A DNA stretch of 64,000 bases from an uncultured Candidatus Binatia bacterium. Its GTDB lineage: Bacteria > Desulfobacterota > Binatia > UBA9968 > JAJDTQ01. The notes below the pieces were generated by a model, which saw only the letters and a list, made by a program, of their open reading frames with translations, did not search any database and was not told where the DNA came from. The translations under genes were made by a program, and so were the position numbers. Positions within the stretch are counted from its first letter, which is position 1, and every line of letters starts with the position of its first letter. Shown in pieces: positions 19,294 to 29,708 of the stretch. Location of the stretch: NCBI GenBank assembly GCA_965213675.1, contig OZ243916.1:800001-864000 (forward strand), read 5' to 3'.

Positions 19294-20268
19294 ATGCGTG
19301 ATCTACCCACGAGATGGGGACTCAGCCTCCCCAACCGCGGCGTGCTGTTCGGCCTCACGACGGCCGAGGACCTTTTCGCCTCCGCCGCCCTCGCCGAGAA
19401 GTCCGGCGTCTTTGAGTCGGTCTGGGTGGGCGACAGCTTCATCCACAAGCCCAGGCTCGATTCCATCGTGATGCTGTCGAACCTCGCCGCGCGCACGGAG
19501 CGGGTGCGGCTCGGCACCATTTGCATGGCCACCTTCCCCTTGCGCCATCCGGTGGAGCTGGCGATCCAATGGGCGAGCCTGGACCATGTTTCAGGGGGCC
19601 GTACGGTGCTCGGCGCCTGCATCGGCGGCGGCCACGAGCCCGAGCTGCGCGCCTTCGGGCAGACCTCCAGGGAGCGGGCGGCCCGGCTGGAAGAAGGGAT
19701 CGCGCTGCTGCGCGCCATGTGGAGCGACGGCAAGACGCATCACCGGGGGCGCTTCTACACCCTGGAGGACTACGAAATCCTGCCCAAGCCGGTGCAGCGC
19801 CCGTGCCCCATCTGGATCGCGGTGAACCCGCGCCGGCCTCTGCAAGGCAGTCCGCTGGTGGCGCGCGCGCTGGAGCGCGTGATCCGGCTGGGCGACGGCT
19901 ACATGACCGACGCGGTGGCGCCCGACGAGTTTCGCCGCCGCTGGGCGTTCATGCAGGAGGCGGCAGAGCGCCAGGGCCGCGACCTCAGCGCCTTCGAGAC
20001 CTGCATCCACGGCATGATCCACATCAACGAGGACAAGCGGGCGGCCTACGAGCAATCGAAGCACTACTTCCAGGAGTACTATCCGCTGGCGCCGCCCAGC
20101 GACGAGGTCATCCGCACCTGGCTCGCCTACGGCGCGCCGGAGGAGTGCGCGGCGCGGCTGCGGGAGTGGCTGGACATGGGCATCAGCACGCCCGTGCTGC
20201 GCTTTACCGGACACGACCAGTTGGCGCAGATCCGCCGCTTCACGGAAGAGGTCCTGCCTTTGGTGTGA
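19294..20268 (+). CDS. LLM-class flavin-dependent oxidoreductase
   Basis: FESVWVGDS, RTERVRLGT, SLDHVSGGR, PKPVQRPCPIWIA. Confidence 0.9.
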   Translation: MRDLPTRWGLSLPNRGVLFGLTTAEDLFASAALAEKSGVFESVWVGDSFIHKPRLDSIVMLSNLAARTERVRLGTICMATFPLRHPVELAIQWASLDHVSGGRTVLGACIGGGHEPELRAFGQTSRERAARLEEGIALLRAMWSDGKTHHRGRFYTLEDYEILPKPVQRPCPIWIAVNPRRPLQGSPLVARALERVIRLGDGYMTDAVAPDEFRRRWAFMQEAAERQGRDLSAFETCIHGMIHINEDKRAAYEQSKHYFQEYYPLAPPSDEVIRTWLAYGAPEECAARLREWLDMGISTPVLRFTGHDQLAQIRRFTEEVLPLV

Positions 20269-20369
20269 CCGGCGGAACCGCGCGGGTCGGTGGAAACCCA
20301 CGCTGCCGCGGCAGGGACGCCGCGCAGGCCGGCCGGCGGCTGCACGATGCGGGACGAAAGAGGCTACCC

Positions 20370-21755
20370 ATGAATCCTGACTTGAGAACGTTCCTTCAGG
20401 CGGTGCGGGAAACCGGACCGGACAACTACGTCGAGGTGACCCAACCGCTGGACCCCCACCTGGAGATCGGCGTCATTCAGCACAAGCTCGCGGCCGAGGG
20501 GCGCAACCCGGTGATCTACTGCCCCGAGATCAAGGGCAGCACGCTGCCGCTGGTCACCAACATGTTCGGCTCCTTCGAGCTCCTGGCCTGGGGGCTGGGC
20601 TGTGACCCCCGGCGCATGACCCGGGTGGAGATCTACGATGTGCTGCGCGAGAAGCTGGCCCAGCGCAAGGAGCCGGTATGGGTGGACGCGGCGACGGCCC
20701 CGGTCAAGGAAAGGAAGTTCGTCGGCGACGACGTGGACCTGGGCATGCTGCCCGTCATCCACAACTCGAAGCTGGATGCGGGAAAGTACATCAGCGCGGG
20801 CTTCATGATCGCCCGCTGGCCGGACACGGGGGTCCCCAACGCGGGCATCTACCGCCACCTGGTCATGGGACGCAACCGCCTCGGCTGCATGATCAATCCG
20901 GGCAACGACGGCGCCTACATCGCCCGGCGCTGCGCGGAACTGGGGCGGCCCATGGAGATCGCCCTGGTCATCGGCCACCACTCCGCGGTGTTGCAGGCGT
21001 CCCAGGCCAAGGGAGTGGTGGAGTTCGATCTCATGGGCGGCTATCTGGGCGAGCCGCTGGAAGTGGTCCAGGGCGAGACCGTGGACGTGCCGGTCCCCGC
21101 CCAGGCGGAAATCGTCATCGAAGGGACCATCGACGCCGGCGCCATGGCCACCGACGGCCCCTACGCCGAGTACCTGGGCTACTACGGCGTGGGCGACAAG
21201 CCTTGCTACGTCATTGACGTGAGCGCCATCACCCTGCGCGGGGACGCCGTCTATCATCATCTGGACTCGGCCCACATCGAGCACAACCTGGCGCCCAACG
21301 TGAGCGCCGAGATGAGCATGTACGACCGCCTGCGATCCCAGTTCCCCACCCTCAAGGCGGTGAACATCATGGGATGGCTGGGCACCTACGTTTCGCTGCA
21401 ACAGCGCGTCCCCGGCGAGGGCCGGCAGGCCGGGCTGGTGGCCGTGGCCACGGACAACTATGGCAAGACCGCGGTGGTGGTGGACGACGACGTGGACGTC
21501 TACAACGAGCGCGAGGTGGCCTGGGCCATCAGCACGCGCATGGTGGCCGACCAGGATCTGCTGATCCTGCCGGGGGTCAAGGGCGCGCACCTCGATCCGG
21601 TGTCCTACAACGAGGCGCGCACCGGCCGCGGCCCCATGACCACGCACCTGGTCATCGACGCCACCCGCCCGGTGGAAAAGGAATTCGAGACCCGCATCGA
21701 GCCCGATCCGGAGCTGTGGCGCACCATGGATCTGAAGGACTATCTGAAACCGTGA
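20370..21755 (+). CDS. UbiD-family prFMN-dependent (de)carboxylase
   Basis: MNPDLRTFL start after GAAAGAGG; DAGKYIS, NAGIYR, VPAQAEIVIEG, VVVDDDVDV, IDATRP. Confidence 0.92.
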   Translation: MNPDLRTFLQAVRETGPDNYVEVTQPLDPHLEIGVIQHKLAAEGRNPVIYCPEIKGSTLPLVTNMFGSFELLAWGLGCDPRRMTRVEIYDVLREKLAQRKEPVWVDAATAPVKERKFVGDDVDLGMLPVIHNSKLDAGKYISAGFMIARWPDTGVPNAGIYRHLVMGRNRLGCMINPGNDGAYIARRCAELGRPMEIALVIGHHSAVLQASQAKGVVEFDLMGGYLGEPLEVVQGETVDVPVPAQAEIVIEGTIDAGAMATDGPYAEYLGYYGVGDKPCYVIDVSAITLRGDAVYHHLDSAHIEHNLAPNVSAEMSMYDRLRSQFPTLKAVNIMGWLGTYVSLQQRVPGEGRQAGLVAVATDNYGKTAVVVDDDVDVYNEREVAWAISTRMVADQDLLILPGVKGAHLDPVSYNEARTGRGPMTTHLVIDATRPVEKEFETRIEPDPELWRTMDLKDYLKP

Positions 21756-21810
21756 TGGCGCGGCGCACGGGAGATTCGCATCGCAGGTGGCGCGAAATCC
21801 CCATCCGGCA

Positions 21811-21839
21811 TTGACAAGGAATAACGCACGCACTAGTAT
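21811..21839 (+). promoter_or_regulatory. Sigma70 promoter upstream of the ABC operon
   Basis: TTGACA-17bp-TAGTAT; AAAGGAGG RBS before ATG 21913. Confidence 0.7.
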
Positions 21840-21912
21840 TCGTCGTTCCGCAAGGGCGGGAACGGCATTTGTTGGCTGCCCGTGAAGCGGCAACCCGTCA
21901 AAGGAGGAAAGA

Positions 21913-22905
21913 ATGCGACGTTACACGTGGACAACACTACTGGCGCTGGCGCTGGTGAGTTTCCTGGCTTTCGAGGCCGCCGCCAAGGATCTGCACAAGA
22001 TCAAGGTCACCGCCGGCCGGAACAGCATCATCTCCATGCTCTATCTCGCGGGCGATATGGCCGGCATCTTCGAGAAGCACGGCATCGACGCGGAAGTGGA
22101 CGTGCGTCCCTTCGCGGGGCACATGGCTGCGCTGCCCGCCAAGGAAGTCCCCTGCTCCTCGTACGCGGGTACCGCCGCCATTGCCAGGATCACCCAGGGG
22201 CTTGACTTCGTGATCATTGGCGGGGGCCTGACGGTGATGCAGGAGGTGTTCGTCAAGAAGGACAGCCCGGTGAAGTCCATCGGCGATCTGCGGGGCAAGA
22301 AGTTCGGCACTTGGTCCACCGGCGCCGGCGCGTTCAAGGCCACCCGAGCGGCCATCATTGACGGCCACGGCATGGACGTGATCGACAAGAAGGACATGGA
22401 TCTGAAGCAGGCCGCGGCCCCCGCGCTGCTGGCCCTGCTGGACCGCGGCGACGTGGACTCCATGTTCAACATCAGCTCGCTGACCGTCCGCGCGGCGTCG
22501 CAGCCCGACAAGTACCGCTCGGTGTTCGTTCCCAACGATTATTGGAAGTCGAAAACCGGCCAGCCCATCGTGTGGTCGGCCCCGTTGGTGTGCTGGCGCG
22601 AGTGGGTGGACGAGGACAAGGAGCGCGCGGCCAACTTTGCCTCCGCGGTCATGGGGTCCATGCAGTGGCTCCGGAACCCCAAGAATTTCGATCAGGCCGA
22701 GGCGAAATTCGCCAAGGTGACCGGCATCAAGAACAAGGCCGAAGCCGGCATCTACCGGGACTGGCTGCAGAAGGGCAAGGTCTTCCTGGCCAAGTGGGAC
22801 AAGGAAACCGTGGATCACCAGTGGGACTTTCTCGAAATGGCCAAACGGCGCGGGGTCCTGGACTTCGTTCCGGACAAGCAGAAGCACGGCCTGATTCTCA
22901 ACTAG
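21913..22905 (+). CDS. NMT1/THI5/TauA-like ABC substrate-binding protein
   Basis: Signal peptide; GIFEKHGIDAE; VKKDSPVKSIGDLRGKKFG. Confidence 0.88.
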   Translation: MRRYTWTTLLALALVSFLAFEAAAKDLHKIKVTAGRNSIISMLYLAGDMAGIFEKHGIDAEVDVRPFAGHMAALPAKEVPCSSYAGTAAIARITQGLDFVIIGGGLTVMQEVFVKKDSPVKSIGDLRGKKFGTWSTGAGAFKATRAAIIDGHGMDVIDKKDMDLKQAAAPALLALLDRGDVDSMFNISSLTVRAASQPDKYRSVFVPNDYWKSKTGQPIVWSAPLVCWREWVDEDKERAANFASAVMGSMQWLRNPKNFDQAEAKFAKVTGIKNKAEAGIYRDWLQKGKVFLAKWDKETVDHQWDFLEMAKRRGVLDFVPDKQKHGLILN

Positions 22906-22996
22906 CTGGCGTTGCGGCGTCCGGGTTCCCGTGTGGCGGCTTCGGCCGCGCCCGGGACCCGGACCGCTCTACACTCATCCCTGACAGGCTCTCCTC

Positions 22997-23761
22997 ATGA
23001 TAAAGGGCAAGCCCGGTCTACTGCCCGGGGTTCTCACCCTGCTGGCCTTCGTGTTGCTGTGGCAGTTGGTGTCGTTGCTGTTCCTGGCCGCGTTTCTGCC
23101 CGGGCCGCAGGAACTTCTCCAGCGGCTGGTCACGGTCTATTCGGATCCCGACAGCTACACCGTGGTCTGGGATACGCTGCGTCGCATCATTCTGGGTCTC
23201 GGCTTCTCCATGGTCATCGGCGGCATCGCCGGACTGGCCATGGGGCTCCACCGGCACGTGGAGGCGTTCCTGGACGGCTGGATCATGGTGCTGCTCACCT
23301 TCCCGGCCATCTGCTGGGCCTTTTTGGGAGTCCTTTGGTTCGGGCTTTCGGACGTGGGGCCGGTATTCACCACGGTGCTCATCGTCTTTCCATTCGTCGC
23401 GCTCAACGTATGGGAAGGAACCAAGGCCATCGACAAGGAAGTCATCGACATGGCCAAGGTCTACAAGGCCAACCGGCATCTGATCGTCCGCAAGGTGGTG
23501 ATTCCACAACTCATGCCCTATCTCTTCTCCTCCATGCGGATCGCCCTCTCGCTTTCCTGGAAGATCGTGCTGGTGGGTGAGGCGTTCGCCGTGGGCAGTG
23601 GGGTCGGGCAGATGCTGGTTTTTCATTTCCAGGATACCCGGGTGGACATGATGCTGGCTTGGGGCGTCAGCTTCATGGTGTTCATGGTTCTCGTGGACGT
23701 GCTCATATTCCGATCCTGGGAGCGGCGCGCCTTCCGCTGGCGCCATCAGGTGGCCACTTGA
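22997..23761 (+). CDS. TauC/SsuC-like ABC permease
   Basis: Multiple TMs; KVVIPQLMPYLFS..WKIVLVGE. Confidence 0.9.
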   Translation: MIKGKPGLLPGVLTLLAFVLLWQLVSLLFLAAFLPGPQELLQRLVTVYSDPDSYTVVWDTLRRIILGLGFSMVIGGIAGLAMGLHRHVEAFLDGWIMVLLTFPAICWAFLGVLWFGLSDVGPVFTTVLIVFPFVALNVWEGTKAIDKEVIDMAKVYKANRHLIVRKVVIPQLMPYLFSSMRIALSLSWKIVLVGEAFAVGSGVGQMLVFHFQDTRVDMMLAWGVSFMVFMVLVDVLIFRSWERRAFRWRHQVAT

Positions 23762-23814
23762 TGGCGTGGTGACCCGGCCTTCAAACATTCAACCCGGATT
23801 CAACCCCGATACAG

Positions 23815-24603
23815 GTGTCGTTCATGGCTTCGACGGTCGTTCACGTAGACAAGTTGACGAAGAAGTTTCCCGCTCCCGGCGGCGGCAAAGATTTCGTGGT
23901 GCTCGACGCGGTGAGCCTGGACGTCAAGGAGGGTGAGTTCGCAAGCCTCGTCGGTCCGTCCGGCTGCGGGAAGTCCACGCTGCTGAACGTCATCGCGGGC
24001 ATTGAGGTGGACAACGGCGGCAGCGTCACGGTGCATCCCGCGGCCGAATCCACCGACGGCGTCATCCACGTGGGCTATGTTTTTCAGAGCGCCCGCCTGC
24101 TCAACTGGCTGACGGTTGAGGACAACATCCGCTTCGCGCTGGAGGCTCAGAATGTGCCGCGAGCACAGTGGCGCGAACGCGTCGGCAAGTATCTCGAAAT
24201 GGTCGGCCTGGGAGGGCAGGAGCCCAACTTTCCCCTGAATCTGTCCGGCGGCATGCAACAGCGTGTGGCCATCGCCCGCGCCCTCGCCATCGAGCCGGAT
24301 ATCCTGCTCATGGACGAACCCTTCAGCCATCTGGACGAGATCACCGCGCGGAAGATGCGCATCGACCTGATGGAGATCCTCGAACGCGCAAAGACCACGA
24401 TCCTCTTCGTTACCCACGACCTGCGCGAAGCCGTCTATCTTTCAGACAACGTCTACATGATGAGCACCAAGCCCGCGCGCATCTTCAAGCATGTTCATGT
24501 GGACCTGCCGCGGCCGAGGCAGCCCGAGGATCCGCGGCTCTTCGACATGGAGAAGGAACTGGTGCGGGAGTTCTTCGCCGTGCTGGAGGACCAGGGCGAA
24601 TGA
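23815..24603 (+). CDS. TauB/SsuB-like ABC ATP-binding protein
   Basis: GPSGCGKST, LSGGMQQRVAIARAL, LLMDEPF. Confidence 0.93.
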   Translation: MSFMASTVVHVDKLTKKFPAPGGGKDFVVLDAVSLDVKEGEFASLVGPSGCGKSTLLNVIAGIEVDNGGSVTVHPAAESTDGVIHVGYVFQSARLLNWLTVEDNIRFALEAQNVPRAQWRERVGKYLEMVGLGGQEPNFPLNLSGGMQQRVAIARALAIEPDILLMDEPFSHLDEITARKMRIDLMEILERAKTTILFVTHDLREAVYLSDNVYMMSTKPARIFKHVHVDLPRPRQPEDPRLFDMEKELVREFFAVLEDQGE

Positions 24604-25379
24604 GCATGCGATTCTACATGCGGGCAGCCTCGATGGTGGCGCTGGTGCTGGTGTGGTGGATCTGCTCGCTGTTCACGCTCCCGGAGGTATTGCCGAACCC
24701 GTGGCGCATCCTCCTGACCATGGGACGCATTCTGGTGGAGCCGGGTCCCGAGGGCAACTCGGCGTTCTTCCACATCGGCATCACGCTTTTCCGCATCATC
24801 ATCGCCTTCGTGGTAGCCATGCTGGCGGGCATCGGCATCGGACTGGCCATGGGACTGCGCAGGACCGTGGAATACGCGCTCATGAGCCTGATCCCGCTGT
24901 TCCTGACCATACCCACGATACTCATGGTCTTCCTTGCGGTGCTGTGGTTCGGATTCAGCGAAACCGGAAGTCTGGTGGCGGTGATGGCCGTGGTTACGCC
25001 TTTCGTGACCGTGAACATGGCCGAGGGCACCAAGGCCATGGACAAGAGCCTGATGGACATGGGCAAGTCCTTCAAGGCCAGCAAGCAGATGATGATGCGG
25101 AAGGTCTACATTCCGCAACTCATGCCCTACCTCATGTCCGCGTTCCGCTACTCCTTCGGCATGACCTGGAAGATCGTCGCCCTGGCCGAAACCTTCGGCA
25201 TCAAGTTCGGCATCGGCTACATGTTTTTCTTCTGGTTCGAAAGTTTCGACATGGAGCAGGTGCTGGCGTGGGTGCTGCTCTTCGTGATTCTGATGCTGAT
25301 CATCGAGTACGGCGTCATCGCGCGCTTCGAACGACGCGCCTTCGCCTGGCGCCGCACGTTCTCGGCCGCCGCGCTCTAG
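24600..25379 (+). CDS. Second TauC/SsuC-like ABC permease
   Basis: ATGA overlap with the ATPase stop; paralogous to 22997-23761 (PQLMPYL, WKIV). Confidence 0.9.
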   Translation: MSMRFYMRAASMVALVLVWWICSLFTLPEVLPNPWRILLTMGRILVEPGPEGNSAFFHIGITLFRIIIAFVVAMLAGIGIGLAMGLRRTVEYALMSLIPLFLTIPTILMVFLAVLWFGFSETGSLVAVMAVVTPFVTVNMAEGTKAMDKSLMDMGKSFKASKQMMMRKVYIPQLMPYLMSAFRYSFGMTWKIVALAETFGIKFGIGYMFFFWFESFDMEQVLAWVLLFVILMLIIEYGVIARFERRAFAWRRTFSAAAL

Positions 25380-25539
25380 GAGCCTGTCGGGTTAATCAAG
25401 AATCTACTGCGAGGCAGGGAAATGGGTCCATTTCCGGTTGGATTTTCGTCCAATATTACCAATATTCTCCTCAAATCCGCCCGAAACTGGCCTCCATTTC
25501 TCTGCCTCTCGCTACGATTCGATAAACCCGACAGGCTCC
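25379..25539. mobile_element. MITE-like element family A, copy 1
   Basis: TIRs GGAGCCTGTCGGGTT...AACCCGACAGGCTCC; begins at a CTAG containing the permease stop; near-identical inverted copy at 37648-37804. Confidence 0.85.
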
Positions 25540-25595
25540 CAGGAGCTTGCGCCGCAAGCGCCTGGCATGATCGAACAGTCAAACCTGCCCGATAT

Positions 25596-25623
25596 CGTCA
25601 TCCCCGCGCAAGCGGGAATCCAG
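25596..25623. repeat. CGTC-type REP-like palindrome
   Basis: CGTCATCCCCGCGCAAGCGGGAATCCAG; related half-site CCGCGGGAATGACGG near 19176. Confidence 0.6.
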
Positions 25624-25645
25624 GAGGGGTGGGCGCGGAGAAACG

Positions 25646-25957
25646 CTACCGCCCCTGCGCCTTGATCTCCGCCAGGGAAAACGGCCCGGCGCCCATGACC
25701 TGGTGGAGTTCCCATTCGATCAGCTCGAAGGTGCAAAAGCCCGCCGCGGTGTAGGGATCGCTGCCCGCGATCTCCTCCGCTTCCTCCCGCGAGTCCGCGC
25801 GGATGAGATAGACGCCGAGCTTTCGATCCGGCGTCGGCCCGGACATCAGGATCTTTCCCGCCGCGTGCTGGCGTTTCATCCAGGACAGATGCTCGTCCAG
25901 CGTGACGGTCCACTCTTCCCTGGGTATGGCGGCGCTCCTCAGTCCAATGAACCACAT
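25646..25957 (-). CDS. YciI-family protein
   Basis: EHLSWM...GKILMSGP...ADSREEAEEIAGSDPY. Confidence 0.85.
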   Translation of the reverse strand: MWFIGLRSAAIPREEWTVTLDEHLSWMKRQHAAGKILMSGPTPDRKLGVYLIRADSREEAEEIAGSDPYTAAGFCTFELIEWELHQVMGAGPFSLAEIKAQGR

Positions 25958-25992
25958 GCTCGTCTTCTCCCTTGTCGTCCGAAGCGAAACCC

Positions 25993-26847
25993 CTACCGGG
26001 CGGCGCAGATATCCCACCAGTTCTGGTCGAGGTCACTGAACACGAACGAAACCTCGCCGTTGACTTCCTCCAGGCCGTGCACCTCGCCGATGCCCATGTC
26101 CTCGTCCGCGGTGCTGAACGCCCGGTGCGCGTCCACCACCTCCTGCTCGGTTTCCACCTCCAGGGTGAATCGGTTCAACGCCGATACATAGTGGCGCTTC
26201 CGGCCCGGCAACACCACCACGTACCACGGCGTGTCGAAGTGCTTGATGTACACCGACATGCGGCCGCCGCCGAGAATCTCCAGCCCCAGCACATCGCTGT
26301 AGAACTTCGCGCTCACCGTCTTGTCGTCGCACTCCCGGGTGCCGTGGCTCAGGGCTTGCGGCAGGTAACCGCGGCCGGGAAAGCGCTCCTCCGGCATCCG
26401 GTTCTCGCCCCAGGGATTGATGGCGTTCCGCTGGCCGCGCACCACCGCTTCGTGATCGTAGTACTCGATCTCCCAGTCGTTGCCGCCGGGCTCGCGGAAG
26501 TAGACGGAATGGGCGAAGTGGTTCTCGTGGGGGCGGCTGACGCGCATGAGCTTGTAGCGTTCCTTCTGCGACAGGAGGTAGTCGTAGGCCGCGTTGACCT
26601 CGTCGAGGGTCTCCACCCGCACGCCATAGTGGTGCAGGTGCGGTTTGTCCACCGCCTCGGGGGCGCCTTCGTGGACCACCAGCTCCCAGTCCGTGTTGGG
26701 ATGCTTCACCGTGGCCTGCCCGTCCCCCTGCCGCACGATGTCGAACGCCAGCAGATCGGTTAGCACCGGCAAGGTGTCGTCCAGAGACTTGCATTCGTAG
26801 TGGCCGCGCTTGAGCGCCGTGGGTTGAACGGTGGGCTTGATCATCAA
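25993..26847 (-). CDS. Two-domain VOC (glyoxalase/extradiol dioxygenase-like) protein
   Basis: HHYGVRV, SVYFREPGGNDWEIE, FVFSDLDQNWWDI. Confidence 0.85.
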   Translation of the reverse strand: MMIKPTVQPTALKRGHYECKSLDDTLPVLTDLLAFDIVRQGDGQATVKHPNTDWELVVHEGAPEAVDKPHLHHYGVRVETLDEVNAAYDYLLSQKERYKLMRVSRPHENHFAHSVYFREPGGNDWEIEYYDHEAVVRGQRNAINPWGENRMPEERFPGRGYLPQALSHGTRECDDKTVSAKFYSDVLGLEILGGGRMSVYIKHFDTPWYVVVLPGRKRHYVSALNRFTLEVETEQEVVDAHRAFSTADEDMGIGEVHGLEEVNGEVSFVFSDLDQNWWDICAAR

Positions 26848-27058
26848 GACTTCCTCCCTGAGTGTTTCTCATGCGGCCGTGCCCCGTGCGTATCCGAGCA
26901 CGGTTACCAACCAACGGTCACCGGCCAACGTAACGCATTTCCAGCGCCGGATGAAGGCCACCCTGTCCTGGCGGCGCTCACGTTTGCGTTTCCCCCGGCT
27001 CCCTGTTTCCATTTACCTGTGCCGCCGTGACCGCCTGGAAACAGTTGGGAAACCCGAT

Positions 27059-27631
27059 ATGAAGAATGAAGCAGGCCACGCCCTTTACACTTACGACGAC
27101 TATCTCAAGACCTCCGATGACATCCGCCATGAACTCATCGAGGGCGAACTGCTGCTCATGGAGCCGGCGCCCACCACGTCGCACCAGACGGTCCTGGTCA
27201 ACCTCACCGTGCTGCTGGCGCCGTTCGCAAGGGACCATGACCTGGGCAAGGTGCTCATCGCCCCTACCGATGTCTATCTTTCCGACATCAACGTGCTGCA
27301 GCCGGACATCCTCTTCGTGTCCGCGGCGCGGGCGTCGATCATCACCGAACGCGATGTCCATGGCCCTCCGGACCTGATCGTGGAGATTTCTTCGCCGTCC
27401 ACCCGGCGCCGCGACCGCGGCATCAAGACGGAACTGTACGCCCGTTACGGCGTCGCCGAGTACTGGCTGCTGGACCCCGCCACGGCCCTGGTCGAAACGT
27501 TCCGGCTGGAGGATGGGCGGATGGTCGCCGTTGGCCACCACGGACGGGCGGACACCTTCACCACGCCCTTGCTTCCCGGCCTGTCCGTGGATCCGACAAA
27601 GGTTTTTGAAGGACGACTTCGTTCATGTTGA
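27059..27631 (+). CDS. Uma2-family (PD-(D/E)XK) endonuclease-like protein
   Basis: ELIEGEL, QPDILFV, PPDLIVEISSPST..D...K..LYARYGVAEYWLLDP. Confidence 0.9.
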   Translation: MKNEAGHALYTYDDYLKTSDDIRHELIEGELLLMEPAPTTSHQTVLVNLTVLLAPFARDHDLGKVLIAPTDVYLSDINVLQPDILFVSAARASIITERDVHGPPDLIVEISSPSTRRRDRGIKTELYARYGVAEYWLLDPATALVETFRLEDGRMVAVGHHGRADTFTTPLLPGLSVDPTKVFEGRLRSC

Positions 27632-29649
27632 CCCTCTTCCGCACACGTCGCCGGCAAACGTTCGCCGAGGGTCACGGGTTCGGGCGCACGGGCGCCTACG
27701 AGATCGTGGCAGGAGAGGCCCACGGCGATGTGCTCCCGGACGATGCCCGCAATGCCGGGATCGTCAACCTCGCCAACGCGCCCCGGAACGAGCGCGGCGC
27801 CGTGGAATACCGTGGCGACGTCCACATCCTGCGGCCCAGGGACATGAAGAAATGGAACCGGCGGGTGCTGTACGAAGCACCCAACCGGGGCAGCAAGCGC
27901 GGGTTGATGTTCCTCAACGACGCTCCCGAGTGCAACGACCCGGTGTCCCTGGAACACGCTGGCAATGGCTTCCTCATGCGGCACGGCTACACCTGGGTCA
28001 CCTCCGGCTGGCAGGGAGACCTTGTGCCGTGGAAGGACGGCATGACCCTGGACGTCCCCGTGGCCGCCGGCCATGGACAGCCGATTCAACGGCGCGTGCG
28101 CACCGAGATCTGCGTCAACCGTCCGGGCGTGTACAGCCAACCCCTGAGCGGCGATGCGCGCGTGCACGGCTACGCGGCCACGACGCTGGACACCGCCGGC
28201 GCCGAACTGACCGTGAGGATGCACTCCTACGGTGAACGTCGGATCATACCCTCCAGCGATTGGGCCTTTGCCACTTCGAGCGGGGCCGGCGGTGATGGCG
28301 CGGATGGCGCGTCTGCGATCACGCCGAGCGCTTCCCATCTCTACCTGCCGGGAGGATTCGTTCCAGGCGCCATCTACGAGCTCGTGTACATGGCCCGGGA
28401 TCCGCTGGTGCTGGGCCTGGGGTTCGCCGCGGTGCGCGATCTGGTGTCGTTTCTGCGCTACCGGACCGCGGACGGCGCGGGCAACTCCAACCCGCTGGCA
28501 AGCGATACCGGCGCCGGCCCCACCGTCGTCGAGAAGGTCTATGCCTGGGGCCGTTCCCAGAGCGGCCGCTTTCTGCGGGACCTGGTCTATCAGGGTTTCA
28601 ACGAAGACGAGCAAGGCCGGCGGGTGTTCGACGCCATCGCGCCCCACGCCGCGGGCGGCGGGCGCATTTTCCTCAACTACGAGTTCGCCCGGCCCGTCAC
28701 CTCGTGCCAGCAACACACCAACCAACTTGAGCCCGAGCTGTTCCCGTTTGCCTACAATGTCATGGAAGACCCGCACACGGGCCGCGGGGACGGCATTCTC
28801 AAACGTCCCGCCACCGATCCTCTGGTGATCCATACCCAGACATCCACCGAGTACTGGCAGAAGCGGGGAGCGCTGGCCCACACCGACGGCCGGGGAAACG
28901 ATGTGGCCCCGCCGGAGGGCGTGCGCGTGTACCTGTTCGCAAGCACGCAGCACAACGCGCCCTACGGTGCGCCCGCAGCCAAGGGCAAGACGCGGCACCC
29001 GGGCAACCCCGTGCCCATCGGCCCGGCCTTGCGCGCGCTCATCGTCGCCATGGACCGCTGGGCCAGCGACCGTACGCCCCCGCCTCCAAGCCGCATCCCG
29101 CGACACGCGGACGGTACGCTGGTCGCTCCCGACAGTTTGCGCGACCGCTCTCCGGCCATTCCCGGAGTGGTCTGCACCGGGCTCCACAACCGCCAGCTTT
29201 TTCTGGATTACGGTGAAGGCGTCGCCCGCGGCGTCATCGACGCCCACCCCAAGCCCCCACCCGACGGCGCGGGCTACACGATCCTCGTGCCCGCGGTGGA
29301 CGCCGACGGCAACGAGATTCCTGGAATCCGCCTGCCCTGGATCAGCGTTCCCCTCGCCACCTGCATCGGCTGGAACCTGCAATCCCCGGAGGCGGCGGAC
29401 GGCGAACTGGCCGGTCTCCTGGGCTCATCCATCCCCTTCCCCCGAACCCGGGCAGAGGGCGAAGCCAGCGGCGACCCGCGGCCGTCCCTGGAGGAGCGCT
29501 ACGCCAGCGCGGCCGACTACCTGGGCCGCGTGCGCGAAGAGATAGCCGCCCTGGTCGAGGCGGGCTACATGCTTGCCGAGGATGCGGAGACGCTGCAGGC
29601 CGACTGCGGGAAGGCGTTCCGGGACGCGCTGGGCGGACATCGCGAATGA
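27625..29649 (+). CDS. Alpha/beta hydrolase domain protein
   Basis: GLGFAAVRDLVSFLRY, AWGRSQSGRFLR nucleophile elbow, DADGNEIPGIRLP, DPRPSLEERY. Confidence 0.8.
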   Translation: MLTLFRTRRRQTFAEGHGFGRTGAYEIVAGEAHGDVLPDDARNAGIVNLANAPRNERGAVEYRGDVHILRPRDMKKWNRRVLYEAPNRGSKRGLMFLNDAPECNDPVSLEHAGNGFLMRHGYTWVTSGWQGDLVPWKDGMTLDVPVAAGHGQPIQRRVRTEICVNRPGVYSQPLSGDARVHGYAATTLDTAGAELTVRMHSYGERRIIPSSDWAFATSSGAGGDGADGASAITPSASHLYLPGGFVPGAIYELVYMARDPLVLGLGFAAVRDLVSFLRYRTADGAGNSNPLASDTGAGPTVVEKVYAWGRSQSGRFLRDLVYQGFNEDEQGRRVFDAIAPHAAGGGRIFLNYEFARPVTSCQQHTNQLEPELFPFAYNVMEDPHTGRGDGILKRPATDPLVIHTQTSTEYWQKRGALAHTDGRGNDVAPPEGVRVYLFASTQHNAPYGAPAAKGKTRHPGNPVPIGPALRALIVAMDRWASDRTPPPPSRIPRHADGTLVAPDSLRDRSPAIPGVVCTGLHNRQLFLDYGEGVARGVIDAHPKPPPDGAGYTILVPAVDADGNEIPGIRLPWISVPLATCIGWNLQSPEAADGELAGLLGSSIPFPRTRAEGEASGDPRPSLEERYASAADYLGRVREEIAALVEAGYMLAEDAETLQADCGKAFRDALGGHRE

Positions 29650-29708
29650 GCGTCCAGCGGGACAACGGACACCGGGCGGTTTGTGGGTGTGCGACACTGA
29701 AAAAGGAG

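Noticed and set aside
27059-27631. Uma2 gene as a defence system
   Set aside because: Stand-alone member of a commonly expanded family, with no methyltransferase or other defence partners nearby.
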